Positions 19,815 to 29,457 of a stretch of DNA of 64,000 nucleotides are shown one piece after another. Under the pieces are notes generated by a model. It had not been told where the DNA came from, searched no databases, and saw only the letters and a list, made by a program, of their open reading frames with translations. How positions within the stretch are numbered: the stretch's first letter is position 1; each line of letters begins with the position of its first letter. The translations under genes and the position numbers were made by a program. This DNA is from a virus (lineage: Duplodnaviria; Heunggongvirae; Uroviricota; Caudoviricetes): the IMG/VR virus record IMGVR_UViG_3300031414_000001, positions 304,437-368,436 of that record. One strand, 5' to 3'.

Positions 19815-20393
19815 TTAATCTCCGAGTTTCAAATCTTGTAATGGTTTAAGAATACTGATTACCGGATAGTTCTCAATCTTCTCACGACCTTCAGCACCAG
19901 TCATGATAGTTGGAATTGCCGCAATCTCAGAAACGAGGTTATAACCCTCGAACGTAAATTCCTGACACTTCTCGTTATACAAAGCCCATAACACAATATC
20001 AGCTTTCTTTTGAATCTTAGGAAGTTGACGAGCACTAATACATGGACCGAAGCGTAACCAGGAACCGTACTTAATACCTTTCACTTCAATGCGAACTCCA
20101 GATACATAGAGATCACATTCTCCTTCACGCTTTTCATCCTGGAAAGCAGGATCGATATTGAGATCACGATTGATCAATGTTTCAATTTCATTGAACAATA
20201 ACCACGAAGCATGTTCCGCAGCCATGCCAACTAAGTGCGAGTGAGCATGATTGAATCCATAAGGTGATTTACCCGCTGGTGCGATCTTAGTGAACTTCTC
20301 AGCCTTAGCAATTGCTTTAGCCATGAATGATTCAGCTTCATCGTGGTGTAAACGGATCTTCATTTTATCTTCACGAATGATTAGACGTGTCAT
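19815..20393 (-). CDS. hypothetical protein, possibly PD-(D/E)xK nuclease-like
   Basis: G..AE...ECDLYV...IEVKG motif; start corrected to 20393. Confidence 0.5.
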   Translation of the reverse strand: MTRLIIREDKMKIRLHHDEAESFMAKAIAKAEKFTKIAPAGKSPYGFNHAHSHLVGMAAEHASWLLFNEIETLINRDLNIDPAFQDEKREGECDLYVSGVRIEVKGIKYGSWLRFGPCISARQLPKIQKKADIVLWALYNEKCQEFTFEGYNLVSEIAAIPTIMTGAEGREKIENYPVISILKPLQDLKLGD

Positions 20394-20420
20394 ATTTTGT
20401 ACCTCAATTAATTGAACCTC

Positions 20421-20449
20421 ATTATAACAAAAACTTATCCTCCCGTCAA
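20421..20449 (-). promoter_or_regulatory. sigma70-type promoter (class 1)
   Basis: TTGACG-N17-TATAAT. Confidence 0.8.
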
Positions 20450-20535
20450 GGAGAATTATTATTGGAGGCTCTTTTGCACTCCACAAAATAATACCATTTT
20501 GGTGCTGAAAATTCAAGGAAAAATAAAGAAAACTA

Positions 20536-20543
20536 GATAAATA
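20536..20543 (+). promoter_or_regulatory. T4-type late promoter-like element
   Basis: GATAAATA (cf. TATAAATA) ~28 nt upstream of the only plus-strand gene. Confidence 0.45.
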
Positions 20544-20570
20544 CTGGAAATAACTTCGGAGGATACCCAT

Positions 20571-21704
20571 ATGGCTCACCCAATAGCAGGTGTTAATGAA
20601 TATAGATATGGCGAATGTGGTTATATCGTTGATGGGGCATTACTTAAAAATAATGTTAAATTAAAAAATATACGCATTTTCAAACAACGTTCAGTTAACA
20701 TCTTTGATTTAATGGACTATGATACAAATGTCATTTATCAATATGTACGTATTACCGGTTATGATTCATATAATGATGTTCTTGATTATTCAAAAACTGA
20801 TGATGAACTTTTAAATGAAATTCCAGTCAATACATTCTTTGTTCGTGGATATAATAGTGACATGTCCGTAACAGGATTTGTTATTCGTTTCCAGAATAAT
20901 AAAGTCTGTTTAGCAGACGGTAGGTATATGTTTGATATGTATATACCTGAATGTAGTATTGGTCCAATTGATATTGGTGTAGTAACTGTTAGTACTATCG
21001 CAATTGGCACTACTACTGTAACAGGTACTATTAGTGCTGTTAGCGGATCATTAGATACTACTGGAATGGTTGTTACTATGGAAATCGAAGGTGTTACTTA
21101 CACAGCAACACTAGATGGTCGTAACTTTACATTCACAGATGTTATTGTAACCGAAACTGGTAATGCTGTAATTACAATTACATCACCAAAATACAATACC
21201 AAGGAAGTTGATGTTCCTATTGTAAGTGAAGCTGATACAGATTATGTTACTATGTACGCAGTATCTGGTTCTCAAATGATCGATAATGGTGATGGTACAT
21301 ATACTTTTACATTAGAAAATACAGTACACAGCCGTGGCTCGAATGTTGTAGTTCAGATTCAAAATATTAATGGTACTATCTATAATCCAGATGTTAGTGT
21401 AGATAATGCTGGGAACATCACAGTGACTCAAACTGATAATACAGATTATGATATTATAATTGTTGGTCCAACTAATGTGAGAACTGTTTACAGTACTTCT
21501 CTAGTATGGTCAGCTAGTGGTTCAGATTTCACAATGTCTATTCCATACAGCACACACATGAAACAAAGCCCATCATTATCAGTATATGATTCTGGTGGTG
21601 ATCTTGTTCAAGTACTAGTTAGTATTGATAATTCAGATAACATCACTCTTAAAAGTTCCGAGAACTTTACAGGTAAAGTTGTTATCACTGGCGTAACCGC
21701 ATAA
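20571..21704 (+). CDS. putative virion structural protein (beta-rich, Ig-like repeats)
   Basis: only plus-strand gene, GGAGG RBS, Thr/Val/Asp-rich beta repeats, late-promoter-like element. Confidence 0.6.
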   Translation: MAHPIAGVNEYRYGECGYIVDGALLKNNVKLKNIRIFKQRSVNIFDLMDYDTNVIYQYVRITGYDSYNDVLDYSKTDDELLNEIPVNTFFVRGYNSDMSVTGFVIRFQNNKVCLADGRYMFDMYIPECSIGPIDIGVVTVSTIAIGTTTVTGTISAVSGSLDTTGMVVTMEIEGVTYTATLDGRNFTFTDVIVTETGNAVITITSPKYNTKEVDVPIVSEADTDYVTMYAVSGSQMIDNGDGTYTFTLENTVHSRGSNVVVQIQNINGTIYNPDVSVDNAGNITVTQTDNTDYDIIIVGPTNVRTVYSTSLVWSASGSDFTMSIPYSTHMKQSPSLSVYDSGGDLVQVLVSIDNSDNITLKSSENFTGKVVITGVTA

Positions 21705-21707
21705 CAC

Positions 21708-21738
21708 AGAAAGGCACTCTTAAGAGTGCCTTTCTTTT
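21708..21738. terminator. bidirectional terminator
   Basis: AGAAAGGCACTC-TTTA-AGAGTGCCTTTCTTTTT between convergent genes. Confidence 0.85.
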
Positions 21739-22259
21739 TGGTATACTATTGCTCTTGATTTCTGAAACTTACATTGATGTACATCTAACCATATAGAAGG
21801 ATCTACAATATGAGAGTTAGGACGTATCAATATCAGTGTATCAGTGTAAGTACTGAGAGCGTACAATAACTTTTGCCTGTACGATTCTGGTACTAAATCG
21901 AATGCGTAACTGCATATGATTACATCATAACGCTTTTCGAAGATACAATTAAAATCAGCTATATCCTCAAAGGAATATGGATAGCATACGAATCCAGTTT
22001 CCTCGGTATATCTCTCGTGCATGTACTTGTCAGCACCTTCAATATCAGATACGCCGCAGTGTTTCAATACATTGCTTACAAGGCCATTGCCGCAAGCGAG
22101 ATCCAGTACTGAAGCGTCTTCAGTAAAGTACTGATAGAACGAATTCATTAAGCAATCATTAACATAATCCTGGTGTGGATTTTCGTATGTAGCTTGTGTA
22201 TTAGGATCTTGATAGTACTCTTGAACGCCAAGCGTTCGGTACTGTTCAGTTATTTTCAT
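21720..22259 (-). CDS. class I SAM-dependent methyltransferase
   Basis: VLDLACGNG motif I; YDVIICSY. Confidence 0.8.
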   Translation of the reverse strand: MKITEQYRTLGVQEYYQDPNTQATYENPHQDYVNDCLMNSFYQYFTEDASVLDLACGNGLVSNVLKHCGVSDIEGADKYMHERYTEETGFVCYPYSFEDIADFNCIFEKRYDVIICSYAFDLVPESYRQKLLYALSTYTDTLILIRPNSHIVDPSIWLDVHQCKFQKSRAIVYQKERHS

Positions 22260-22313
22260 ATAACCTCAAACGTAAAAAGGGAGCCATTGGCTCCCTTTTG
22301 TGTGGTTCGCGAA

Positions 22314-22985
22314 TTAACGCAGGATTTGTGCGACAATCTGGTTCAGAGTCAGGTTGCCATTCGCACGAGCGAAGTCGAACACCTGAGACTTACGAACTTC
22401 AATCACTTCGTCAACCTGAGCGTCAGAGTAGAAACGACGCAGTTGAGCGACCATTGCCTGAACACGAGCATCAGACGCCAGCAGGGATGCTGCTTTGTCT
22501 TCAATCGCGGTACGCAGTGCTGCGTCGGACAGGTCAGCTACTACAGTGTCAGCAGCATCGGTACGAGCGGTACGGTTAGTACCGAACACGTCATTCGCTT
22601 CAGAAGCGGTAGAACGTGCCGCAGGGCGGGAAGCAGCAGGACGACCGCCAGCCAGAGCCTGTTCCAGAATATCGGTCAGGGTGGTTGCTACGTCTTCAGC
22701 AGACTTCGCGGTGCTTGCTTTGGTCACTTTCGCTTTCGCAGTGCCGAACAGACCAGCTACCAGACCGGAGACAGCGGTAACAGCGTCGTTGATTACGCCA
22801 GTTACAGAAGTTACGGAATCCAGTACTTCGCCGAGTTCAGCCTGAGCTTCCAGAGCTTCAGCTTCGGTATCGAAGTCCAGATCGATTTCTGCGTTTTCCA
22901 GAACGATGGTCAGGGTAGAACCGTTAACAACGGCGAAAGCGAACAGAGCGGAATCGAACAGAGCGTTTTTGAATTGAACTTGCAT
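22314..22985 (-). CDS. hypothetical Ala-rich protein, likely highly expressed
   Basis: GC-richer with high-expression-type codon bias; own promoter and terminator. Confidence 0.8.
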   Translation of the reverse strand: MQVQFKNALFDSALFAFAVVNGSTLTIVLENAEIDLDFDTEAEALEAQAELGEVLDSVTSVTGVINDAVTAVSGLVAGLFGTAKAKVTKASTAKSAEDVATTLTDILEQALAGGRPAASRPAARSTASEANDVFGTNRTARTDAADTVVADLSDAALRTAIEDKAASLLASDARVQAMVAQLRRFYSDAQVDEVIEVRKSQVFDFARANGNLTLNQIVAQILR

Positions 22986-23240
22986 GGTGTTACCTCTTAG
23001 GTTTATTGAGTTTCTTTGTTACATTCATTGTACTACAAATTTTTGGCATACGCAACAGGATTTTCACCTGTATCCCCAGAACCCCTCTCATGGGCGAACC
23101 AGAATCCTATTAAGCTATTGTATCAAGTACTGTCTGATAACGCAAGCAAAACATTAGACGATACGTAATATCGTGAAGATGGTCAAGCGTGTTGACCCCT
23201 GGCAGCAGCCAGCCGTAAGTCGTACTTTTCAATCTTCTAG

Positions 23241-23313
23241 TGGAGCTATGCGGATTTGAACCGCAGACCTACTACGTGCAAGGCAGTTGCTCTACCAACT
23301 GAGCTATAGCCCC
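23241..23313 (-). tRNA. trnA: tRNA-Ala(UGC)
   Basis: cloverleaf GGGGCTA/TAGCTCC, anticodon TGC. Confidence 0.95.
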
Positions 23314-23392
23314 TTATCACGTCCTGACTTATACCGAGTCGGCTTTCGGGCAGACGTGATACACCCCGAAGCACATTGGCTTTGTATAAGTT

Positions 23393-23467
23393 TGATGCGG
23401 GAGAGGGATTTGAACCCCCGACCTCCAGGTTATGAGCCTGGCAAGCTGACCGCTGCTCTACCCCGCA
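23393..23467 (-). tRNA. trnM: tRNA-Met(CAU)
   Basis: cloverleaf, CCAGG-CTCATAA-CCTGG. Confidence 0.9.
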
Positions 23468-23615
23468 TTTCCTATGTGATTATTATACCACAATTTTTTG
23501 AGCCGTTCCAATTTTTTTTCAACATTTTTCAATTTCAGAATCAAGCGGCTATCTCTCAATTCATGCTAACATTATACCAGAATTTTTCTGGTCGTTTCAA
23601 CTTTTTTTCGATTTT

Positions 23616-23810
23616 TTACATCGCCAAATAAATGAACAATCCAGGAAATACGATGAACAGTACTACCAAACCCCACCAAAAGAATAGATAGGACTTCCAG
23701 TTTTGTTTAAAAGTACCGTATTGTGGCATTGCCATTGAGAAGTTAATAAAGAATAACAGACCAATCATCCACATAAAACCAGTACCAATGCTTGATAAGA
23801 TTACACCCAT
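23616..23810 (-). CDS. small membrane protein
   Basis: two TM segments. Confidence 0.7.
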   Translation of the reverse strand: MGVILSSIGTGFMWMIGLLFFINFSMAMPQYGTFKQNWKSYLFFWWGLVVLFIVFPGLFIYLAM

Positions 23811-23825
23811 GATAACTTTCCTCGT

Positions 23826-23901
23826 TGGTGGTCAATACTGGATTCGAACCAGTGACAGCGACATTATGAGTATCGTGCTCTACCAACTGAGCTAATTGAC
23901 C
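23826..23901 (-). tRNA. tRNA(CAU), Met or Ile2
   Basis: cloverleaf with encoded CCA, anticodon CAT. Confidence 0.9.
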
Positions 23902-24095
23902 CTTGGATAATTTTGTACGTTGTGAGTTAAGTACTGAAGCTCACAACGTGCTTTGTTGATGTGACTAACAGCACGGTTTTGTAACTGGTTAGTCACTGGC
24001 TGTACTGAGCTATCAACAATTATATACTGCTGTAACTCGTGTTGTAACGCCATTAATTCACTTTCAATCTGGACTAATCGTTCAGTACTGATCAT
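23892..24095 (-). CDS. hypothetical protein
   Basis: ORF with RBS; its TAG stop lies inside the tRNA 5' end. Confidence 0.65.
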   Translation of the reverse strand: MISTERLVQIESELMALQHELQQYIIVDSSVQPVTNQLQNRAVSHINKARCELQYLTHNVQNYPRVN

Positions 24096-24170
24096 GTTTT
24101 TATCCTCTCACTTAAAACGTGTAAGCATTATTACACGTTGCCTCGCACTCGTCAAGGACTTTTTGGTAGA

Positions 24171-24247
24171 TGGTGGGCTTTCAGGGATTCGAACCCTGGA
24201 CAAACCGATTAAGAGTCGGCTACTCTAACCAACTGAGTTAAAAGCCC
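24171..24247 (-). tRNA. trnK: tRNA-Lys(CUU)
   Basis: cloverleaf with CCA, GCCGA-CTCTTAA-TCGGT. Confidence 0.95.
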
Positions 24248-24600
24248 ATATCCTTAACTGCTCTCGTCAAAATATAATTGAAGCGACAGCAATCGTAAAA
24301 CGATAATCCGAACCTTTCTTCCTTCACTATATCACGATATTCAACGATGCTTAGCTTATCTTCCCCTGAATCATCTAAGTTCAGTAGTAGACCAAAATCC
24401 ACAACACATACTAGAATGTGAAGATCATCTTCTTCATCAAAGTATCCAAGTCGTAGTAATGGTACGGGTGCATCTTCTGCGAAGTACATAATGTACGTAG
24501 TACCGTTATAATCAATAGTACCATCTTCATAACGTAAGAAATGATGATAGTTAGTATCGAAGAACTTCGCTATATCCTTTAGTGAGTTTAGTTCATTCAT
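24238..24600 (-). CDS. hypothetical protein
   Basis: start corrected to ATG 24600 (AAGGA RBS). Confidence 0.75.
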   Translation of the reverse strand: MNELNSLKDIAKFFDTNYHHFLRYEDGTIDYNGTTYIMYFAEDAPVPLLRLGYFDEEDDLHILVCVVDFGLLLNLDDSGEDKLSIVEYRDIVKEERFGLSFYDCCRFNYILTRAVKDMGF

Positions 24601-24632
24601 ATATATTTCCTTATATATACAGTTCAGTTTAG

Positions 24633-24709
24633 AGCGTGGAGAGGGATTTGAACCCCCGACTTTACGGATTTGCAATCCGTTCCAATTGACCAGACTCTGG
24701 CATCCACGC
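24633..24709 (-). tRNA. trnC: tRNA-Cys(GCA)
   Basis: cloverleaf, anticodon GCA, U73. Confidence 0.95.
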
Positions 24710-24717
24710 TAGATTCT

Positions 24718-25308
24718 TTAAAAGTACAGATGTACCTTTATATCAGGAGTAGCTTGTACGAGTGAACCAAACTCTTTACAGCGTTCTAATATCTCCCAAA
24801 TAGCAATACATTCAGGTAGTTCCAATATTAGACCATCAGTGGTCATACGTTGGAAATGAGATTCTTCTGAATCTGGAAGTACCTTGTATTCGGTATTTAA
24901 TGTTGTCTGAAGTTCCTTGGTATTGAAAATAGTACCATCAGGACGTTGTTTAGCAACATAAGAGAATCTTATCCAGTTGTTGTTAGCTCCAGCATTAACG
25001 ATGCTTAGCTTCCCATCAAGGAATTTCATAACTTCAACTTTTTGTTGATAAGTATTCTGTACTTTTCTATAACCACCGCCACCAGGAACAGCAAAATTAT
25101 GACCAACATCTTCTTCTTCGGTCACAGTACATCCTAACATCATTTTGAAAATGAGTTCATTGGTAGCAATGATTCTAATTATTTCAAGGTCTTCAGTACA
25201 AATAACTGTTCGTTCAGTATTAGACCGTTCTCTTGATATTTCCATGTTAGGCATTTCACGAATGAAACGCCTAACAATGTTAGTTCTGTTTATTAACGAA
25301 TCTTCCAT
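24718..25308 (-). CDS. hypothetical protein, EExxFQxxT family
   Basis: C-terminal SEESHFQRMTT. Confidence 0.75.
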   Translation of the reverse strand: MEDSLINRTNIVRRFIREMPNMEISRERSNTERTVICTEDLEIIRIIATNELIFKMMLGCTVTEEEDVGHNFAVPGGGGYRKVQNTYQQKVEVMKFLDGKLSIVNAGANNNWIRFSYVAKQRPDGTIFNTKELQTTLNTEYKVLPDSEESHFQRMTTDGLILELPECIAIWEILERCKEFGSLVQATPDIKVHLYF

Positions 25309-25826
25309 TTAGATTTTAAATCCTTTAATACAGCTTCCTTTATTTTACTAATATCAGTAAGACATTCAAATGGAAGTACATTATCATGTACTGTCATTTG
25401 TTGAAACCATTGTTCTTCAGTTTCATAGTAACGGTACTTTTTATAGGTAACATGTTTTTTAGGTTCACCAATTAATAATGTTACCTGGTTTCTAACCATA
25501 GATGCCATAACATTTCGAATAGCAGGATCAGTTTGTTCATCTAATGTTGAATTGAGAATTTCTGCATAATGAGCGTACTGTACTTTTCGTTGTTCATATT
25601 CAAGTTGTGATAATGAATCGTTTAACGCATCACCATAAATGTCACGAACTTCAATTACTTTATCAGTAATTCCTAAACAATATCCTTCATTAGAACTAAG
25701 GCGTATAGTTCCATCTGGATCAATTTCGTATTGATACAAATCAAAAGATGTATTCAGCAATTCACCTAAACCAGTAAGTACTGCTATTGTAAATTCTTCA
25801 TTATTAGTAACCGTAGTTTCTTCCAT
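25293..25826 (-). CDS. hypothetical protein, EExxFQxxT family
   Basis: C-terminal TEEQWFQQMTVHD. Confidence 0.75.
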   Translation of the reverse strand: MEETTVTNNEEFTIAVLTGLGELLNTSFDLYQYEIDPDGTIRLSSNEGYCLGITDKVIEVRDIYGDALNDSLSQLEYEQRKVQYAHYAEILNSTLDEQTDPAIRNVMASMVRNQVTLLIGEPKKHVTYKKYRYYETEEQWFQQMTVHDNVLPFECLTDISKIKEAVLKDLKSKWKIR

Positions 25827-25871
25827 ATTGTACCTATAAAAATAGGGAGCAAATTGCTCCCTTCATAATCA

Positions 25872-26060
25872 TTATTTAGATTGGTTTTGACTTGGGTCTA
25901 CTGGAGCATCAGGTTGAACAGCAGATTCATCAGTACTTGGTGCGTCAATGCCATTAGGATCGGCAGGGATACCAACATCAAGCACTGAATTTTCAGGCTC
26001 TTTGTTTAAAGCGGCAAATACTGATTTGATCCAAGACCAAATTTTACTTAATAGATTCAT
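25872..26060 (-). CDS. small hypothetical protein
   Basis: ORF with GGAG RBS. Confidence 0.7.
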   Translation of the reverse strand: MNLLSKIWSWIKSVFAALNKEPENSVLDVGIPADPNGIDAPSTDESAVQPDAPVDPSQNQSK

Positions 26061-26136
26061 GTAAGTACTCCTAAAATGAAACAGAACTTTGTCTGCTAAT
26101 TATTTAAGTATTAAGTACTTACATGGAAGGTAAATT

Positions 26137-26694
26137 TTATTGTCCAGATGTAACAGTTGTAACAGGAGGCTTTTCTTCCTTCGGTTGTGCGTTAGCTGCT
26201 GGAACACAACTTACAGAAGTATCCCATGTTACACTATTCGAAACAACATAACAATTCGCGTCAGGTTGTTCTACTTTTTTCATGTAGTACACGTCTTTAC
26301 CCGAAGTACCGATGATTTGAAGCTTACCAGCATTTGGTGCTAGTTTAGGTTCATCATCTTCCGGTTCAGGAACGGCAACAGGTTCCGGTTCTTCGGGTTT
26401 CGCTTCTGGCTTGTTCTCAGCACTGACAGTACTTTGAACCTCAGTTTTCACAGAAGTTGGAGCCGAATCAGCAGAAGTACTTGAAGCAGTACTTTGTACT
26501 GGATCAGCATCGGACTGCTTTTGAGTTCCAGTAGTTGTCGGTGTGTTAACCGCTGGTGCTTTAGCTTCAGCAACAGTTTTGGTTGGAGTATCACCTGAAC
26601 TCGTTGGAGTATCATCAGGGAATGGTTCACAACCGGATAGCAGTACTGAAGTTGTTGCTACTACGAGTGTCATAACTATTGCGAAACGTTTCAT
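26137..26694 (-). CDS. putative lipoprotein with disordered Pro/Thr-rich linker
   Basis: signal peptide with lipobox LLSG-C. Confidence 0.75.
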   Translation of the reverse strand: MKRFAIVMTLVVATTSVLLSGCEPFPDDTPTSSGDTPTKTVAEAKAPAVNTPTTTGTQKQSDADPVQSTASSTSADSAPTSVKTEVQSTVSAENKPEAKPEEPEPVAVPEPEDDEPKLAPNAGKLQIIGTSGKDVYYMKKVEQPDANCYVVSNSVTWDTSVSCVPAANAQPKEEKPPVTTVTSGQ

Positions 26695-26705
26695 TATATA
26701 CCCTG

Positions 26706-26903
26706 TTAGTGTTTGTAATCACCTGGTACTTCATCCATTTCACCAATGTAGCGAGCTACAATATAGTAATCTGGTGTTTCTTCAGGTAAATCTTTATTAC
26801 ATTCAGTTATGGCGGCATTGGCTTCTTCAATGGTATCAAAACCACGATGCCAAATTTCACCACCCCAACCACGTTCTGATTCAACATATTGTACTACGTG
26901 CAT
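26706..26903 (-). CDS. hypothetical protein
   Basis: ORF. Confidence 0.7.
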   Translation of the reverse strand: MHVVQYVESERGWGGEIWHRGFDTIEEANAAITECNKDLPEETPDYYIVARYIGEMDEVPGDYKH

Positions 26904-27437
26904 TTAACTTCCTACAAATTTCAACTGTTTAATATCTACGATAGATTCATCTTCTTCAAAAGTGAATCCCCACAATCCAGTATATGGATTGCGTTCACAG
27001 GTTTTCACTGTAGCAGTGAACAAACCACTTTTAAATGGTTTACCTGAACGTTTCTGTACTACTGAACCTTTGCGATTCTGATTTTCTTTCCATACCTGAA
27101 AATCTTCTTGACGCATATATTCGCGGCGATCTTCATATTTGGAAACAAACCATTTGGGAATGTCGTATGAATTGTAGTTACGAATAACATCAGCGTAATA
27201 CACTTCATCGCAATCAAAGGTTGGCGTAATAAGAATATCAACTTCTCCAGGAATCTTATCAAGTTTCCCTTCGTAATGCATCCAACGTGCTACTTCAACA
27301 CCTTCATCGAACACGTTACCAATCTCTTTACCCAATTCATAATCAGTCGCAATGATTGTCAGCATTTTGCTAGTTAACATACGAGAAGATGGGCTGATAC
27401 AGATAATAACAGAACGCATGGCTTTAGTAGTTGGCAT
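26904..27437 (-). CDS. hypothetical protein
   Basis: ORF; KRSGKPFKSG motif. Confidence 0.75.
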   Translation of the reverse strand: MPTTKAMRSVIICISPSSRMLTSKMLTIIATDYELGKEIGNVFDEGVEVARWMHYEGKLDKIPGEVDILITPTFDCDEVYYADVIRNYNSYDIPKWFVSKYEDRREYMRQEDFQVWKENQNRKGSVVQKRSGKPFKSGLFTATVKTCERNPYTGLWGFTFEEDESIVDIKQLKFVGS

Positions 27438-27460
27438 GATATTCTCTCTTTATTAAAAGT

Positions 27461-27541
27461 TGAGTACAATAGGGGTTTCACCTACACTGACGACCAGCAT
27501 TACCTGTTAAAATCGCTGCTCTATAATTAAGCTATATACTC
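27461..27541 (-). ncRNA. tRNA-like RNA with aberrant anticodon arm
   Basis: acceptor GAGTATA/TGTACTC, D arm GCTT/GAGC, T arm GTAGG-TGAAACC-CCTAT, enlarged anticodon region. Confidence 0.55.
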
Positions 27542-27611
27542 TACAATAGGAACACTACACAGAAGATAGGTCTGATTGCCTCGGATGCTTTCGCAGTTGC
27601 CGTAGTGTAAT

Positions 27612-27699
27612 TGGTGACACGAGTTGGATTCGAACCAACGTAGCCCTTTCGGACGGCAGATTTACAGTCTGCTGGTTTTAGCCACTCACCCACCGTGCC
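27612..27699 (-). tRNA. trnY: tRNA-Tyr(GUA)
   Basis: class II cloverleaf with CCA, anticodon GTA. Confidence 0.95.
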
Positions 27700-27745
27700 A
27701 GGTGTTTAATGATAGTACCGCATGGCAGCGGTACTGTCAAGGCTT

Positions 27746-27952
27746 TTATGAGATGTATTCTACGTGGTTAACCACATAGCAGTACTCGTCATCGTAATAC
27801 GTACTACCGAAAGCACCTTTCAGGATTTGGATCTTGTTCTTTAAACAAAAATCCTCGAACACTTGAATGTTCGCAAACACCTTGAACGGTACTTTGTGAG
27901 AACTATCTTCATAACGATGATAGTAATCAACTGCTGCTACTTGAGTCGTCAT
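27746..27952 (-). CDS. hypothetical protein
   Basis: ATG 27952 after GGAG RBS. Confidence 0.65.
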   Translation of the reverse strand: MTTQVAAVDYYHRYEDSSHKVPFKVFANIQVFEDFCLKNKIQILKGAFGSTYYDDEYCYVVNHVEYIS

Positions 27953-28118
27953 GATTTCTCTCCGATTCAGATTTACGAACATGATCAATAAAATCATTAA
28001 TCCGAGTATACACAGCATGTTCGCTCATGTCAAGCCCATTGTTAACTGAGTTTTCACCCATACATGCGTGAATCCCTTCGCAGCCACAACGAGGACATTT
28101 GCCTAATTTCATTACCAC
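27927..28118 (-). CDS. small Cys-containing protein
   Basis: CPRCGC..HAC. Confidence 0.55.
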   Translation of the reverse strand: MVMKLGKCPRCGCEGIHACMGENSVNNGLDMSEHAVYTRINDFIDHVRKSESERNHDDSSSSS

Positions 28119-28360
28119 ATTCGCCTACCAGTGAGGAACGCAAGTGAGATGATTGTCATCACAATAGCAGTTACCCATGCTGCGAATTTGATCACAGCTA
28201 ATACAAAGAACCCAAAGGTCATTGCTGCTGGACCGATTGTACATACTTGCCAAATAGCAACTAGTACAGCACCTGAACACAATGAACCAAAGAATACTTG
28301 AAATGATGTTACGATAAACGCAATGATTGCGAAGAACGCAACTCCAACAGCATCTTTCAT
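28112..28360 (-). CDS. membrane protein
   Basis: hydrophobic throughout. Confidence 0.7.
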   Translation of the reverse strand: MKDAVGVAFFAIIAFIVTSFQVFFGSLCSGAVLVAIWQVCTIGPAAMTFGFFVLAVIKFAAWVTAIVMTIISLAFLTGRRMW

Positions 28361-28364
28361 GTTT

Positions 28365-28679
28365 TTACCTTATTGTAGTTTTCCTGAATCCTTGAACTCC
28401 TTCGAGTTTGTTGATTTCACGAACAGCTTCTTCAACTGAACCAAAGATTCGAGACTTGTTATTACTGAACATCACTTCACCATTTTTAGTGATACAGTAT
28501 CCCCAACCACCATCACCATTTTCACGAGAAATCCCATAAGGACTCGCTGGTAATGCTGCTTCAGGGTTTACTACCTGGTTGAATAACCGTGCGGCAGTTT
28601 TCTTATTCATTACGTACACAATACAAATGGTGATGAACGCAATGAGACAACAGAATAGCAGTACTTGAATGTCACTCAT
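28365..28679 (-). CDS. TM-anchored protein, tandem paralog 1
   Basis: TM + SPYxI + EEAVREINKLE. Confidence 0.75.
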   Translation of the reverse strand: MSDIQVLLFCCLIAFITICIVYVMNKKTAARLFNQVVNPEAALPASPYGISRENGDGGWGYCITKNGEVMFSNNKSRIFGSVEEAVREINKLEGVQGFRKTTIR

Positions 28680-28683
28680 ATTA

Positions 28684-29013
28684 TCAATCCAATTTAGTTA
28701 CACGAACACGATCAAGTTTTTCGTACTTGTTCATGGCTGATACAGCATCTTCCATATCATGGTAAACAGTATATTGATTAGATGAACCACTTAATGTCAT
28801 ATGCCGTCCATTTTTCAAAATGGTAAATCCAATCTTACCAGCTTGTGTTTTAGCTGGATATATTGAATATGGACTTTCAGGTAAATCAGAATCAATTTCT
28901 TCATGTACCCGTACTGTCTTGATGTAGATATTAGCAGCGATGCTTTTGACATTAATGTACATCAAACATGCCGCACCGAATACAACTAAAGCTGCGATTA
29001 GTAATGGATGCAT
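28684..29013 (-). CDS. TM-anchored protein, tandem paralog 2
   Basis: TM + SPYxI + EDAVSAMNKYE. Confidence 0.75.
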   Translation of the reverse strand: MHPLLIAALVVFGAACLMYINVKSIAANIYIKTVRVHEEIDSDLPESPYSIYPAKTQAGKIGFTILKNGRHMTLSGSSNQYTVYHDMEDAVSAMNKYEKLDRVRVTKLD

Positions 29014-29014
29014 T

Positions 29015-29353
29015 TTACACCACCTTAGTATGTGTATAGCCTTCCAATTGTTCTAACTCATTCAGTGACGTTTGAGCTTCTTTAGCAGTACTGAAACGCC
29101 TATCCACATGCATTGTATTACCTTTATAGATGTAATACAGATCTTTGTTTTGATACGTATTCCAATATCGTGCGATACGATATGGAGACTGTTTGAGTTC
29201 GCCAGGTTTAGGTGGTTCAGGTTCTTCCACTAAACGGACATACAAAATACTGGAAATCCGAAGATAACCAAAGTACGAAAACATTGCCGCAGCAAGTAAT
29301 AGTACTGATACAATTAACAAAACGATATTAGTCGTCATATTAAGCTTTCCCAT
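29015..29353 (-). CDS. TM-anchored protein, tandem paralog 3
   Basis: TM + SPYxI + KEAQTSLNELE. Confidence 0.75.
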   Translation of the reverse strand: MGKLNMTTNIVLLIVSVLLLAAAMFSYFGYLRISSILYVRLVEEPEPPKPGELKQSPYRIARYWNTYQNKDLYYIYKGNTMHVDRRFSTAKEAQTSLNELEQLEGYTHTKVV

Positions 29354-29457
29354 TCAGTACGGAGCAATACCATTGAAGTAAATCAAGGTACGCTTGTTGT
29401 TCATAGGTACGTTCTTTGATAGAACGCATAGCTCGCATATCATCAATGATCCACTGT

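Noticed and set aside
22173-23000. Long plus-strand ORFs
   Set aside because: Antisense to the strongly codon-biased gene 22314-22985
27553-27609. Theta/HDV-like or hammerhead ribozyme after tRNA-Tyr
   Set aside because: No G at the tRNA junction, no nested pseudoknot or CUGANGA core identifiable by eye
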